Source: Selaginella moellendorffii (Eukaryota > Plantae > Lycopodiophyta). Taken from it: DNA of 64,000 nucleotides. The first letter of the stretch is position 1, and each line of letters begins with the position of its first letter. Below the pieces are notes generated by a model. It did no database searches, had not been told where the DNA came from, and worked only from the letters and a program-made list of their open reading frames with translations. The stretch spans positions 388,851 to 452,850 of the forward strand of contig NW_003314327.1 of assembly GCF_000143415.4 (NCBI RefSeq), in the 5' to 3' direction. The position numbers and the translations under genes were made by a program. Below are positions 40,055 through 52,755 of the stretch, piece by piece.

Positions 40055-41202
40055 TGTCGCGCATGTGACTTCGGGTATCGAAAGTTACCTGTCGACTAGT
40101 TCTTACGGACACTCTTACCTTACTGCCACGATGGCAGGAGGTCGGTATTGCTGGACCCTTTATCAGCCCCTCTTGTTCAAGTGTTAGTAAACTGGACTTT
40201 GCATCTGTACTTGGCCGGATGAGCATAAGGACGGAATTTCTAAGTGTCTATTCAGCCAAGCATACTTGGCCTGGCTTTTTAGTTCTCTTTTGCTCTGTCT
40301 TGCACTGGCTTGACAAGAACCCTCGCGTATTGAGATTGGTCCCTCAATATCGCTACATGATAGCTTACCGTGTCTGCCAAACACCCTCGCTATCATGCCC
40401 TTTGTGTTAGTCTCAATTCGGTCCCAAATGCTATTTATGGAAAGTGTCCAGATTTGCTCATTTGGCATATCTACGGAATGTAGAGATTGTCCTGAACACA
40501 ATGGTGTTCGTCCCGTGTCCAAATTCGCAATCTAAGGACATTCCATATTTAGTAAGTTTCAAGTTTGTCCCGGAGACTAACTCCTGATACTAAGGGAGGC
40601 TTGGGGTGAAAGCCCAAAGCGTGTGTTCCTCAAGGGGGGGGGGGGCTGTGGGGGGTTCCAAATGTATAGTAGGGATAGTGGGTAGGTCGGGCATGGCCGA
40701 CCAACCTGAGGCATAGTCTAGCTCCCGCTTGCGTGCCTGTCCTTGTTCTGCGTCCGGCTTGGGTCTAAGCCCAAGTTCCATTCCATGCTAGTTGGTGGAG
40801 TACCCATGTCCTCGCGTTAGGCCACCGGCATGCCAAAATAGCGCCAGAGTCCGTTTGGCTCTGTTTTGCGTGTTGGTCCTGGCATTGGGATGCTGGTTAC
40901 TCTAGGACTGTTCCAAGTCGCTCCGGGTTCCTGTCCCTTCGCTCCTTGGGCTTTATGCTCGGGAGTTGCTCCGTGGTTCGGTTCCGTCACTCCTTGGCTC
41001 CATGCTTGGGAGTTTGGCACTGTTCCTTCGTTCAGTGGCCCAAGGCCCTGAACTTCGGGTTCCTATGGACACGTGGCATGGACACGTGGCATGTGACACG
41101 TGGCATCTGTCACGTGGCACAAAGAGGGTTTAGGTTCCGCTTCATGGTGTTATCCTATGGTAAATCACCATAGGATAAAGGGTCAAAACCACGTGCGCTA
41201 CA
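40055..41202. mobile_element. Solo LTR (1148 bp) inserted in the integrase of inner Copia-A
   Basis: TGTCGCGCA...TGCGCTACA termini; TSD GCTAT at 40050-40054 and 41203-41207; removing it restores the integrase motif TFIDDYSRRT. Confidence 0.92.
41070..41118 (+). promoter_or_regulatory. Cluster of four G-box/ABRE elements (CACGTGGC) in the solo LTR
   Basis: CACGTGGC at 41070, 41083, 41097 and 41111. Confidence 0.7.
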
Positions 41203-43608
41203 GCTATAGTCATCAATGAATGTGATGAAGTATTTTGCGCCATCGTGACTTGGGATGTCCATGGGGCCACAAAGATCAGAATGGACCAAGTCCAAAAGTC
41301 CAAGTGCTCGATGCTTACTCGACTAGAAATTCTAGCAGTGATGCTTGCCTAAAATGCAAGCTTCACAAAATGTAGATGGGATACATCAGAAATCCAATCC
41401 AATAATAATATCTTGGGATTTCATTTGTTGAAGAGATTAGTAATGAACATGACCAAGTCTTTTATGCTAAAGCTTCACACGAGAATTTGCCTCCACAGTC
41501 TGAAAGGCCTGAACCGGGTCGGCAGCAGTAATCTCATACAAGTCCCCAATGCGTTACCTATGAAGCAACTGTGTACCAAGCATATGAAAGTTGCTAGAGT
41601 CAACCAAAGAGACTCCTTTTGCATCAAAGACTACCACTGCATTTTGATCACATATCTTGGCGATAGACATTAAGTTTCGTTGGAAGGTGGAAATGTGCAT
41701 GGCACCATAAAAGGCCATGGTCCTCCCATGATCAAGTGAGAGCCAAAATTGCCTGATGCCTTCCACGGGGATAGTGGTATTGTCACCTAAATGAACACCA
41801 TGTTTTCCAATGCTCATCTGATAACACTCAAAAAGACTCTTCTTATTGCTCATAAGATTAGTACAACCAGAGTCTAAGAGCCACTAGCTTGATGCTGCAA
41901 TTGCCTCTGTGTTGTAGAGCTCCTCAGTAGCAATTCCATCACACTCGAGCAGATTGGCTTTCACTGGCATAGTTAGTTGCTTGACAGGCTTGGGAGCAGG
42001 GCAATCTCAAGCCCAGTGGCCCATCTCCAAGTAGCGAGCACACTAATTCTTAGCAAGTTTGGGCTTGGCACGCCCAGATGCCATGGAATTTTGCCCTTTC
42101 TGGGCATTTGCAGCTGCATGCAGTTTTGCCACCTTAGCATCACCAAAAGCTTGCGAAGCATACATAGCCCGTGGCATTTCAGCTCTCTTGCTTTGCATGG
42201 CCTCAATGTTGCGAAGACTCCTCACAACATCTGCCCAAGTCATCCCTGGTTGGAGAAGCAGGCTCTCAACTGCATTCTTCTAGCTAGCTGGCAAGGACCT
42301 ATAGAGCCGTAGCCTCTGCTGCTCATCCGTGAGACAGTGCTTCGCCCCAGCAGCCGCAAGTTGTGTGAAGAAGCCATGGAGCTTGGCAATGTGAGTCTGG
42401 ATACTGCCATTTTCCTCTAGCCTCAAGGAATCCATTTATGAATGGATGTTAAAGACATCCATTTCACTCTTGGTGCCGTAGGTGTCATTCAGCCACTTCC
42501 AGAGCTCTGCTGCATTGGACTTTGGAATCGATGGGGCAGCAAAGAGAACATTCGAGGACAAGCACATCGCAATACTCCCTCTAGCCTTGGAATCCCAAAG
42601 GTTCCAATCACGCACCTCAGTAGTGCTAGAGATTGGAGCCGGTGATGACTCTGTCCCATCTACAATCCCCAATAAACCATGAAACAAGAGATAGGATTCA
42701 AGATGGATCTTGAATCCCTCAAACCCTTCTCCATCAAACTCGCAGATGGATGGCTTTCCTTCCATAGTGCTATCCCAGCTCTGATACCATGAGACAAATT
42801 GGGATCAAAGCACACTGCGCTAGTGGACAGAACAGGAAAACCCTAATGTACACGTGGCAAGGTGTGTTGTATAACATTTTTAACTAGCCGGTAGGGACTT
42901 GTAGAGCCACAGCCTCTACTACTCATCTATGAAACAATATTTTGCCACAAGTTGTGTGAAAAAGACCTAGAGTTTGGCAGTGTGAGTCTAGATACTACCA
43001 TTTTCCTCTAGCTTGAGGAGTCCATTTGTGAATGTATGGATGTTAAAGACATTGATCCCACTCTTGACATTACAAGTGTTGCTCAACCACTTCCAAAGTG
43101 CTGCTACAGTGAACTTGGGAATCGATGGAGTAGCAAAGAGAACATTCAAGGACAAGCATATCACAATGCTCTCTATAACCTTGGAATCCTAGAGGTTCCA
43201 GTCATACACTTCAATAGCACTAAAGCTTGGGACACAAACTATAAAACAAGAGGTAAGATTCAAGATGAATCTTGAATCCCTCAAAACCTTCTCCATCAAA
43301 CTCACAGATGGATAGCTTTCCTTCCATAGTGCTATTCCAGCTCCTATACCATGAAAAAAATCAGGATCAAGCACACTACAAACCTAATGTATATGGGGTG
43401 AGATGTGTCTTGTAACAGGAAGCTGTGGAGACAAGTGATGACAAGTCTCCACATCAACAAAGAAGACAAGTCATTCATCCAAGACACCAACCGCCAAGCG
43501 TCACACCCATACCATTATGTACATAACCATACCAAAGAAATGAAGTCGACAGAGCATTCCACACACAAAATCACACATCTACATGGTATCGGGTTTGTTT
43601 CGATCCTG

Positions 43609-43821
43609 ATGGCAAAACACTGGCAAACACAGCAATGCGACAAGCAGGACCGCACTAGGGCTCTCACAGTCTTTGCTAGGATGGAACGACAGATTCAAGA
43701 ACTCAAGCGAGTGCAATGTGATGTCCATCCGTGCCTGTGCCCTAATTGTTGCTCTGTGTGCACGGCGTGTGGGCATCCCTTCCAGCAATTCCCACCGCCC
43801 CCTCCCCCTCCTCACTTCTAG
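43609..43821 (+). CDS. Small Cys-rich, Pro-tailed ORF (70 aa) between PBS and gag of Copia-B; function unknown
   Basis: MAKHWQ...CDVHPCLCPNCCSVCTACGHPFQQFPPPPPPPHF*; open while the downstream gag-pol is disrupted. Confidence 0.4.
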   Translation: MAKHWQTQQCDKQDRTRALTVFARMERQIQELKRVQCDVHPCLCPNCCSVCTACGHPFQQFPPPPPPPHF

Positions 43822-46309
43822 CTTACTCCGCTGTTTTGTCCTTTCTTCTAGAAACTAATGGCTACTAGTACTCCACCTTGCATTACATCTAGAACCACCC
43901 TAGCAAGCACCATGGCCATCCCGGCTGGCAACTCGGATGCAGGATGGGAGAAGTTACTCTAGAAGTTCACGAGTGAGAACATCACGACTTGGAAGACCAA
44001 AGTCCAATTAATCTTAATGGCAAAAGATTGTTGGGATTTGGTGGAGAACCGAAGTGAAACCTCAAGATACAGAAGTAGCCTTACAGGCTACTTGGGACTC
44101 CAAGAACCGCAAAGCACTTGGACTGGGTCTTGGAGATGATTGGACTGGGTCTTGGAGATGAATCCTTGATCTAGAAAAATCTGCCAAGGCCAATTACGAC
44201 CCTTTTTCCCAAGTCTTTGCAGCCAAAGTTGCTAATGCTAAATTGGTTCTGACCTAGAAATTTTTCTCCCTACAGATGCAACCTGGTGAGACAATGGCAA
44301 CATACATCGGGAAGCTCAAGGGCTTAATGCAGCAGCTAAAGGAAGTAGGTGCTACAGTTTTCGATGACTATGCAAAAGCCTTCCTACTCTACTCTATATC
44401 CCCAGAGTTGCAACAATTGTCTTCCATGCTCTCTTTTGTCCCAGGCAAAACCATAGAGGAGCTCTACTCTGATCTGCTCGAGGAAGAGCGCAAGATTGTT
44501 GAGTGTCAAGCTGGCCATCAAGGATCCCCTCAGGTTGCTCGTGAGCAAGCCTTGTTTCTTGGTAAGAAACAATCGAGTGGGGAGCAGAGGAAAGGAGGCA
44601 CTAACTATGGGCCTTGTATCTCTTTTGCTACAACTCCCAACTTTGGATCTAACTTCTCCAAGAAGAAAAAGGGTCTTTGCAACTATTGTGGAAAGATGGG
44701 GCATGTCGAGCATGAGTGTCATGCAAAGAAGGTTGCCACCCAGTGCATGCTTACCCAGAGCAACTCGTTGTTGATGATGGTTCTTTACGTATCATTGGTG
44801 TCTACTCTTGAGGTTCTATAGCTGGATAGTGGTGCCTCCTTTCACATGACTCCCTTAAAGTCTGCATTTCACACTTATAAGGCTCTTCAAGCTCCACAAC
44901 AGGTTTATGTCAGCGACAAGCGACCATTCCAGGTGGAAGGTTGTGGCATGGTGGTGATTAGACTACCCAATGGACTTCTTAAGGAGGTTCATCACGTGCA
45001 CTTTGTATTTGAAGTAACGCAGACAATTCTTTCTATAAGTGCAGCCTCATATCAAGGCTTTACTACCACCTTCTTCCCAAAAGGGTGCACCATTTATGGT
45101 CGTGATGGTACTCTTGTAGCCAGTGGCATGAGGTATGAAACACTCCACTATTTAAATGTAGAATTGGTTTTTCCAGCTCAAGTGCTTGCTTTCCGAGCAC
45201 AAGACACCATTGAGCTCTAGCATGCTCGTCTAGGGCATGTCAATGAATGAGACTAACACGCCTTAACTCGTAACCAGCATGCTAAAGGCATCATACTCCT
45301 AGCTGGCCATTTGGGCGTGTGTGAAACTTGCCATCTTGGGAAGCAAGTTTGCCTTCTTTTTCCATCAAGAACCATGGAGGACCAAGTTACAGGCTTACTG
45401 GATCTAGTTCACAATGACATGTGTTACTTGCCCATGGAAACACTCAGTTGCAAGAGTTTATCAATGACCATTCCAAATACACTATAGTGATGTAAGCTAC
45501 AAATTTTTCCTTTCCAATTTGCCAGTTTACCTCGTCTATCCGACCAACACTGCCTTGGCTTTAGCTAAGTTCCCTTGCCAAGGTTCTCACCTATGGTACT
45601 AACTCCTACTTGGTCCTACTTGGTATCAACTACTCACTGCACAAGCAATAGAGCATTAGCCATCCATCCACAGATTCCTAAATCTCTCCCAATCCTCCTC
45701 CCCGTGTTAGACTGGACTTAAAGTTTGGTTACACTCCTTGCAGGCAGAAGCAGCCAAGCACACCAAGCCTCTAGGTTCTTAATATCCCTTGGTACCACAA
45801 GACTTGATCATGGGACCCTCTAAATCCCAAATTTTGGGGCCAACCCATTTTTGGGGCCCCCGGGGGGAAACCCTGGGCCCTAATGCCCTAGTAGGGGTAC
45901 TTTTACCCCCCCCCCCCCCCCCCCCCCCCTCTTCCATCCCGAAGGGAAGGCCCAAACCCCTAGGAAGGGCGAGGACCAATGAGCCACAAGGTACTCAAAT
46001 GGGGCCCCCCCCCCCATGAGCTAGGAGCCCCGCAATCGGTTTCCCTTTTGGGAGGGGGAGATGCTCTTGAGCACTTCCTGGGGGGGCCCCTCCAGCACCA
46101 CCTCAGTCCATGCTCACTCCCACCCAAGGCCCCTGGGCCCTAGTTTCAACCTCAAGTTAGTTTGGAAGCCCCCCTGGAAAGTTCTTTCAAGACTAATTCT
46201 TAGACCCCACTATCCCTACTATACTTTGGGAACCTCCGGAAGCCCTCCCCCCCCCCCCCCCCCCGAGAGATGCACGCTTTGGGCTTTCACCCCTTGACCT
46301 GTATTAGTA

Positions 46310-46630
46310 CTCGGACTCGGTCTCGGACTCGGACTCGATCTCGGACTCAGTCTCGGACTCGATCTCAGACTCGATCTTGGACCCGACCTCGGACCCGGTC
46401 TCGGACCCGACCTCGAACTCGGTCTCAGACTTGATCTCGGACTCGACCTCGGACCCGATCTCAGACTTGACTTCGGACTCGAACTTGGACTCGAACTCGG
46501 ACTCGGTCTCGGACTCTGTCTCAAACTCGGTTTCGAACTCGGTCTCAAACTCGGAGTCAGCCTCGGACTCGATCCCAAACTCTGTCTCGAACTTGGTCTC
46601 AAAGTCGGTCTGGACTCAATCTGGACTCGT
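46310..46630 (+). repeat. Hexamer-based (CTCGGA/CTCGAT) tandem array within the Gypsy LTR; sister array at 53170-53430
   Basis: Direct read; gives rise to spurious Ser/Pro/Asp-rich ORFs. Confidence 0.9.
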
Positions 46631-49600
46631 CCCATCCGATGAACTCTTTATCATTTTGGTCATGCTTTCAAGGATCCTTTAGCCTACGACACCTCGGGCA
46701 GTTGGTTCCTTAGAACTCCACCAGCCATAGAAGAAGTTTGATACCCACATCGAATGTCCCTTTTTAAATCTTACGACTTGTTGACCATATCTCCGAGGGC
46801 ATCCCCCCACTTAGTTAAGTTAGCCTCCTTGGCCAAAAGCCCATGACAACGGAATATAAGTGTCCCTATACCCCTCACCTCACCATACCCTAGTATGGGG
46901 TCGGGACTTGAACCCAGCCTTGCTTTACTAGGGGGTTGGGACTCGAACCCAACCTCTGTAAAATACGTCTATGGATTCAACATCCCCACGGGGAGTCGAG
47001 TGTAGTGCCTTACGCTTGGTCGACTTAGCTAACCCATGCTAATTAGCTTACCTTCGGCGCACCTTCGGGTCCCAACATATACCATTGCTCAACTTCACAA
47101 ATTGATACTTTTTAATTGAACTTTGCATAAGTACACAGAGTTCTACCATGCAGAAATTCCTCCACTAGATCTCGCGTGTTTGCTAGGTTCTCCGGTTCCT
47201 ATATTGCTTCACAGTGTGGAAATCCTTTCCACTTTACATGAAACTTTCTCACCTCGTGTCCTTGTCGCTTGCTCTTGCATGCATTGAGGATGCCCTTGAC
47301 TTCGTATTCCTCTTCCCCTTGGATAACCTCAGGTAAAAGTTTCACTTGGTCCTTGCAAAGCGGATCCTCAAAGTACGGCTTGAGTAGGTTCACATGGAAT
47401 ACTAGGTGCATCTTCCCCATCTCTCGAGGAAGTCGGAGGCGGTAAGCCACTTTACTGATTCATGCCTCAATCTTGTAAGGCCCCGCGAACCTGCTTAAGG
47501 AACTCAAGATCAGTTCATTTCTAGGAATACATGCATCATTACCTTTGGGTCAACTTCTGGCTGATCCCACTTGGTAGCCTTAGGTTCTTGGTGTTTAGCC
47601 ACACCTTCTCCCTAGGTTGGAACTCTACGTCCCGACGCTTCTAGTTTGCGATACTTGGTTTGCCTTTGTTGAGCCCATTCCAAGGAATCCCTCACTAGAT
47701 TCCAAATGTTGAGCCTTTCTGCTGTGAATGCCTCCACTACGGGTAACTCTCCATGATACTTAGCCACGTTGAGTTCCACAAGATCTTCAATAGCTCGCCC
47801 ATTAATGACTTCCCATGGACTCACCCCGATACTCGAGTGTGGTCAGTTGTTATAACACATTTCTGCAAGTCCCAAATGACTTACCCAATTAGTCTGGTCT
47901 CCCGAGACATAGCATCGCAAATAATCCTCCAGCTGCCTATTCACCCTTTCCGTTTGTCCGTCTGTCAAGAAGTGTTAGTGCCATTGAAATTTACTTAATA
48001 CCCAATACCTGTTTGTGGGTGATAGGCTATGCTGAATTTCAACTTAGTGCGATACTATTTCAAGAGAGTTCTTCAGAACCTATTGGTGAAGATTTTATCT
48101 TGATCTGAGATGATCTCTTTTGGCCTTCCCCGCACTCGAACCACTTGTTCGAAGAACAGCTTCGCCACACCTTCCACATTCACTTCCATTGTGGTGGGTA
48201 TGAAATATGCCATCTTTAAAAATCAGTCCACCACCACGAATATTGCATCGAACCCCTCACTTGGGGGGAGTCCCATGATGAAGTCCATTGTAAGACTCCA
48301 CGAGCGGTCTGGAATTGGGATGCTTTGTAACAAGCCCCTATTAGCCTTAGTCACGGCTTTGACCTGTTGACATGTTAGACATGTCTTTACATAGTCTTTG
48401 ACGTCCTTAGCTATATCAGGCCAGTGATACTTCCTTTTGAGTAAGCCCATCATCTTGGGCACTGCACCGTGTCCCGTAAGAGGTCTGTCATAACACTCTT
48501 TTAAGGCTATCTTCCTTAGTTCCTCTTCTGAAACATACACCCTCGTTTGTTTATAATAAATGAGTCCATTGTGTTCCACATAGCCTATTTTCTCTTCCGT
48601 TAGCAGCTCACCTCTCTGGTGAGCTTCCCGTGCCTCCTGGTTCCTTAGCAACACTTCTTGTGCTAGACCATGGTTCTCATATGCTATCCGCACATCATCC
48701 CAAAAGGTTGCTATCGCGCTGGATATCGCCAACTTTATGCTCGCTTTTCGACTTAGAGCATCTGCCACAATGTTGCTCTTCCTAGGCTTGTACAAAATCT
48801 TGCAATCAAGCTCGGCCAAAGCATTGGCCCACCGACTTTGTTTCCCTCTTAGGTTGGGTTGCAACAAAAAGTGTTTCGTTGCCACATTGTTCATGTAAAC
48901 TTTGAAGTGCCTTCCAAGGTAGTGTCGCCACTCCTTGAGTGCCTTGACCACTGCAAATAATTCCTTTTCGTGGGCAGGCCATTTTTGCTGAGTCTTGTCC
49001 AACTTCTTCGAAAAAAATGCCACTGGGTGGTTATCTTGCTTCAAAATTGTGCCTAATGCAAAATCCAAAGCATCCGTTTCTACCTCAAAGTCCTTACCAA
49101 AGTCGGGTAACACCAACACAGAGGTCTTCCTCAACTTCCCTTTGAAGTGGAAAAATACCACCTCACATTCTGCTGTCCATACCATCTTTCTTTTACCCGT
49201 TTGGTCCGTTAATAGCAGGGCTACTTTCGAATAGTGTTTAATAAACTTTCGGTAGTAGTTGCATAGCCCCAAGAACGCCCTTAACTCATGTACATTCAAT
49301 GGTCACTCCCATTCCTGGATTGCTTGGACCTTCTTAGAGTCCACCTTGAGCCCATATTTGCCCACCACATGCCTGAGAAACTTTACCTTTTGTTGAGCAA
49401 AGTCACATTTGCTCTCTTTAGCATACAGCTTGTGTTTCTTTAGTTTCTCAAACACCTTCGTCAAGTGTTTGACATGCTCCTTTAGCGTTTCGCTATAGAT
49501 TAGGATATCATCAATATAGACGACCACAAAGTGATCCAAATAAGGTACAAAGATGTGGTTCATCAGCACCAAAAACGTTGTCGGCACATTGCACAGCCCA

Positions 49601-52600
49601 AAGAGCATCACCAGAAACTCGAAGCTCCCATACCTTGTTCGACAGGTTGTCTTCTCGACATCTTCCTCTGCTACCCTGATTTGGTAGTATTCTGACCTTA
49701 GGTCAATCCTCGAGAAGTATTTTGCTTTTCCCAACCTATCGAACAAGTCATCAATCCTTGGCAAAGGGTACTTGTTTTTCTTTGTATACTTATTGAGCAA
49801 CCGGTAGTCTATGCATATACGCATAAATCCATCTTTCTTTTTCACAAATAACACCAGTGCCCTATATGGTGACTTGCTCAACCTAACATACCTTTTGTCC
49901 ACCAACTCTTCTAGTTGGTGCTTGAGCTCCTCGAGTTCCTTTTTGTTCAAACGATAGGGGGGACGAACCATCGCCTTAGCACCCTTGACCAGCTCAATCT
50001 TGTGTTCTATCAATCACGTGGGAGGTAGCCCCGCTAGTAGCTCCTCCAGCATGGTATCTTGGAATTGGTCCAACACCCGCTGGATCACTAAAGGTATTTC
50101 TTCCATTCTTGTCTTTTTATCACTCTTCACTAAGAATAAGCATAAAAATGCTACTTTGGTTCCTTTAGTGAGTTGTCCTCTTGTGGACACCAGGTTTAAG
50201 CAAGAGTCTTTGACCTTACATTGCCTTACTTTTAGATCCTGAGCCTCCACCTTGGATCGTTCTCCCCAGGCATTCGCTAGTACCATAAGGTTCCTCCCTT
50301 GTCTATGCAAGGCTACTATGAACCGATTGAACCAATCCATCCCGAAGATTATGTCAAATCCCGCCATGTCCAACACGGTGAAATCCATGTCTACTTTCTA
50401 TGTCCCTACTTCGACTCTCGCTTGTCGAAGTATCTCATCGGTGCTTTGGCTACCTTGAACAAACTCTATCGTCCTTGGTTCACTCAGCCGCTGCACCGTT
50501 AGTCCGGCTTGCCAAACTATGTCTGTAGCCACAAAATTATCCGAAGCACCCATGTCAATAAGGATCTTAACAAAGCTACCTTTGAGCTTCCCTCGAAGGG
50601 CTAGTAGATGTCGCAAACGACTTTTTACCAAAGTTGCTCGTGTAATGAGTAACTTTGAGCTAGGGACTGGATCACATACCTCAGTTTGGATTTCACCCGA
50701 CTTAATGGCCATATTGGCTCTAGCCTTCTTCGGGTAGGGACATTCCCTTGAAAAGTGTCTCGCTTCACCACAGTTGTAGCATATGTTGTTTCCCACACTG
50801 CTAACCAGCTTGACCTTCTTATCCGTGGGTTTGTCTCTTTTTGCTTGACTCCCCCACATACTTGCTCGTTGGCCACCAAATCTGCCATTCCAAAACCCCG
50901 AGGACTCATTCTTAGAGAAATTCTTCTTGAATTTCCCTTTGCTACATGTTCCCCTTGGTTTGGCCCTTTTGCTAAACATGGACCCTAACCCCGTCGTGTT
51001 CCCTTTTCGTAGGTTATCATTGAAATGCACCTTGATGGCCGCATCCAACGCTTCCTTGTGGTTAGTCAGGTTTCAACGCATCACTTCACCACGAGCCTAG
51101 GTTTGCAAGCCTGATATGAAGGCATGGAACGCATCCATATCCCCCATGTTTGTGACAAGTATCCTCTTTACCATAAACCCATTCACATACTCCTGAATGG
51201 TTCCAGTTTGCTTTAGCCTACTCAACTTGTCCCTTAGATGCAGAGTAGCATTTGGAGGAACGTAAGTCGCGCGAATCCTCGCCTTCATCATTTCCCAAGT
51301 GGCCACTGGTCCTTTGTTGCCCTCTGTCGTTCTCCACCAAGACTTGGCATTATCTGCCAAGTATGGTTTTGCACATGGGACCTTCTCTGAGCTCGGTAAC
51401 TACAACGCTTGGAAGTAGTCCTTCATATCGTAAAACTAATCCTCCACCACCTTATAGTCATTCACTCCCTTGAAGACCGGTGGGGGCTTTGGTTTGTACT
51501 TGGGAACTGTCTGAGGGACTGATTCCACTTCAGTCTGTTCGACCTTGTTTGGTTCTGCCTCAGCCCCTACCGAAGGGTCCACAACTTCTGCGCTGCCAAC
51601 ATTCACAGTCTTTTGCTTTTTCTTCCGCTTCTCGTCACGCTTTAACTTGCGTATGAGAGTCTCCAGCAAGGCATTAGTCTGTGCCAATTGTCCTTCTAGA
51701 ACATCCAATCGAGCCTTGGATGACCGAACCTCACCACTAGACTCTTATTTGAAAGTTTCCTCACTGGAGTCCTCCTCATGCAAGGATTCCTCATCCATAG
51801 CCTCTTGTTCGACCGGAGGCTCCAGCTCTAGAGGAGGTTCCGTCTCTGCCTTGGTTCGTTTTCGCCCTGCTTTTGCCATCTCCTAGTAATCCGCCTCTAT
51901 CCTTCGCTAGAACTGAGAAAAAAGCTCTAATACTAAATTGTAAGCCACAAATTTTTCCTTTCCAATTTGCCAGCTTACCTCGTCTATCCGACCAACACTA
52001 TCTTGGCTTTAGCTAAGTTCCCTTGCCAAGGTTCTCGCCTATGGTACCAGCTCCTACTTGGTCCTACTTAGTATTAGCTACTCACTGCACGAGCAATGGA
52101 GTGTTAGCCATCCATTCACGGATTCCCAAATCTCTCCCAATCCCCCTCCCCATGTTAGACTGGACTTAAGGTTTGGCTACACTCCCTGCAGGCACAAGCA
52201 GCCAAGCACACCAAGCCTCCAAGTTCCTAACACCCCTTGGTACCACAAGACTTTATCATGGGACCCTCTAAATCCCAAATCTTGGGTGCAACACTTGCTT
52301 CGGGACGCCGAGGTGAAACACCGTGGCCTAACGACCTGGTATGGGTACCTCTACCCCCCCTCTTCCATCCCGAAGGGAAGGCCCAAGCCCCTAGGCAGGG
52401 TGAGGACCAATGAGCTGCAAGGTACTCAAGTGGGACACCACTCCACATGAGCCGGGAGCACCGCAGTCGGTTTCCCTTTTGGGAGTGGGAGCTGCTCTTG
52501 AGCACTTCCTTGGGTGGCCCCTCCGGCACCACCCGAGTCCATGTTCACTCCCACCCAAGGCCCCTTGGCCCCAGTCTCAACCTCAAGTCAGTTTGGAAGC

Positions 52601-52654
52601 ACTACTAGAGAGTTCCTTCAAGACTGGTTCCTAGACCTCACTATCCCTACTATA

Positions 52655-52755
52655 CNNNNNNNNNNNNNNNNNNNNNNNNNNNNNNNNNNNNNNNNNNNNN
52701 NNNNNNNNNNNNNNNNNNNNNNNNNNNNNNNNNNNNNNNNNNNNNNNNNNNNNNN
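52655..52755. other. Assembly gap (N run) inside the Gypsy 5' LTR
   Basis: About 100 N; the sequence after the gap repeats ~52320-52654 in homopolymer-noisy form. Confidence 0.95.

Larger units (their letters stand above)
37430..42876 (-). mobile_element. Younger Ty1/Copia element (Copia-A inner copy) with ~87-bp LTRs, inserted in gag of the outer copy
   Basis: 5' LTR 42790-42876 followed by perfect PBS TGGTATCAGAGC; PPT GGGGGGGAG before 3' LTR ~37430-37516. Gag starts 42765; integrase DGGGEY/TPQQNGVTERRN; RT MDIKTAFLNG, LYVDD; RNase H SSAEAEC, HARSKHIEV; several stops and frameshifts. Confidence 0.93.
33047..43417 (-). mobile_element. Old Ty1/Copia element (Copia-A outer copy), heavily degenerate, with nested insertions
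   Basis: LTR-like ends 33047-33119 and 43352-43417; degenerate iMet PBS at 43340-43351; decayed gag, GAG-pre (LWHKRLGH), RT and RNase H colinear with the inner copy; flanked by GGAAG at 33042-33046 and 43418-43422. Confidence 0.85.

Noticed and set aside
46310-46630. CRISPR-like array
   Set aside because: No unique spacers, eukaryotic context; simple LTR minisatellite.
46219-46682. Ser/Pro/Arg- and Ser/Asp-rich ORFs (also 53164-53479)
   Set aside because: Translations of the hexamer array in the Gypsy LTR.
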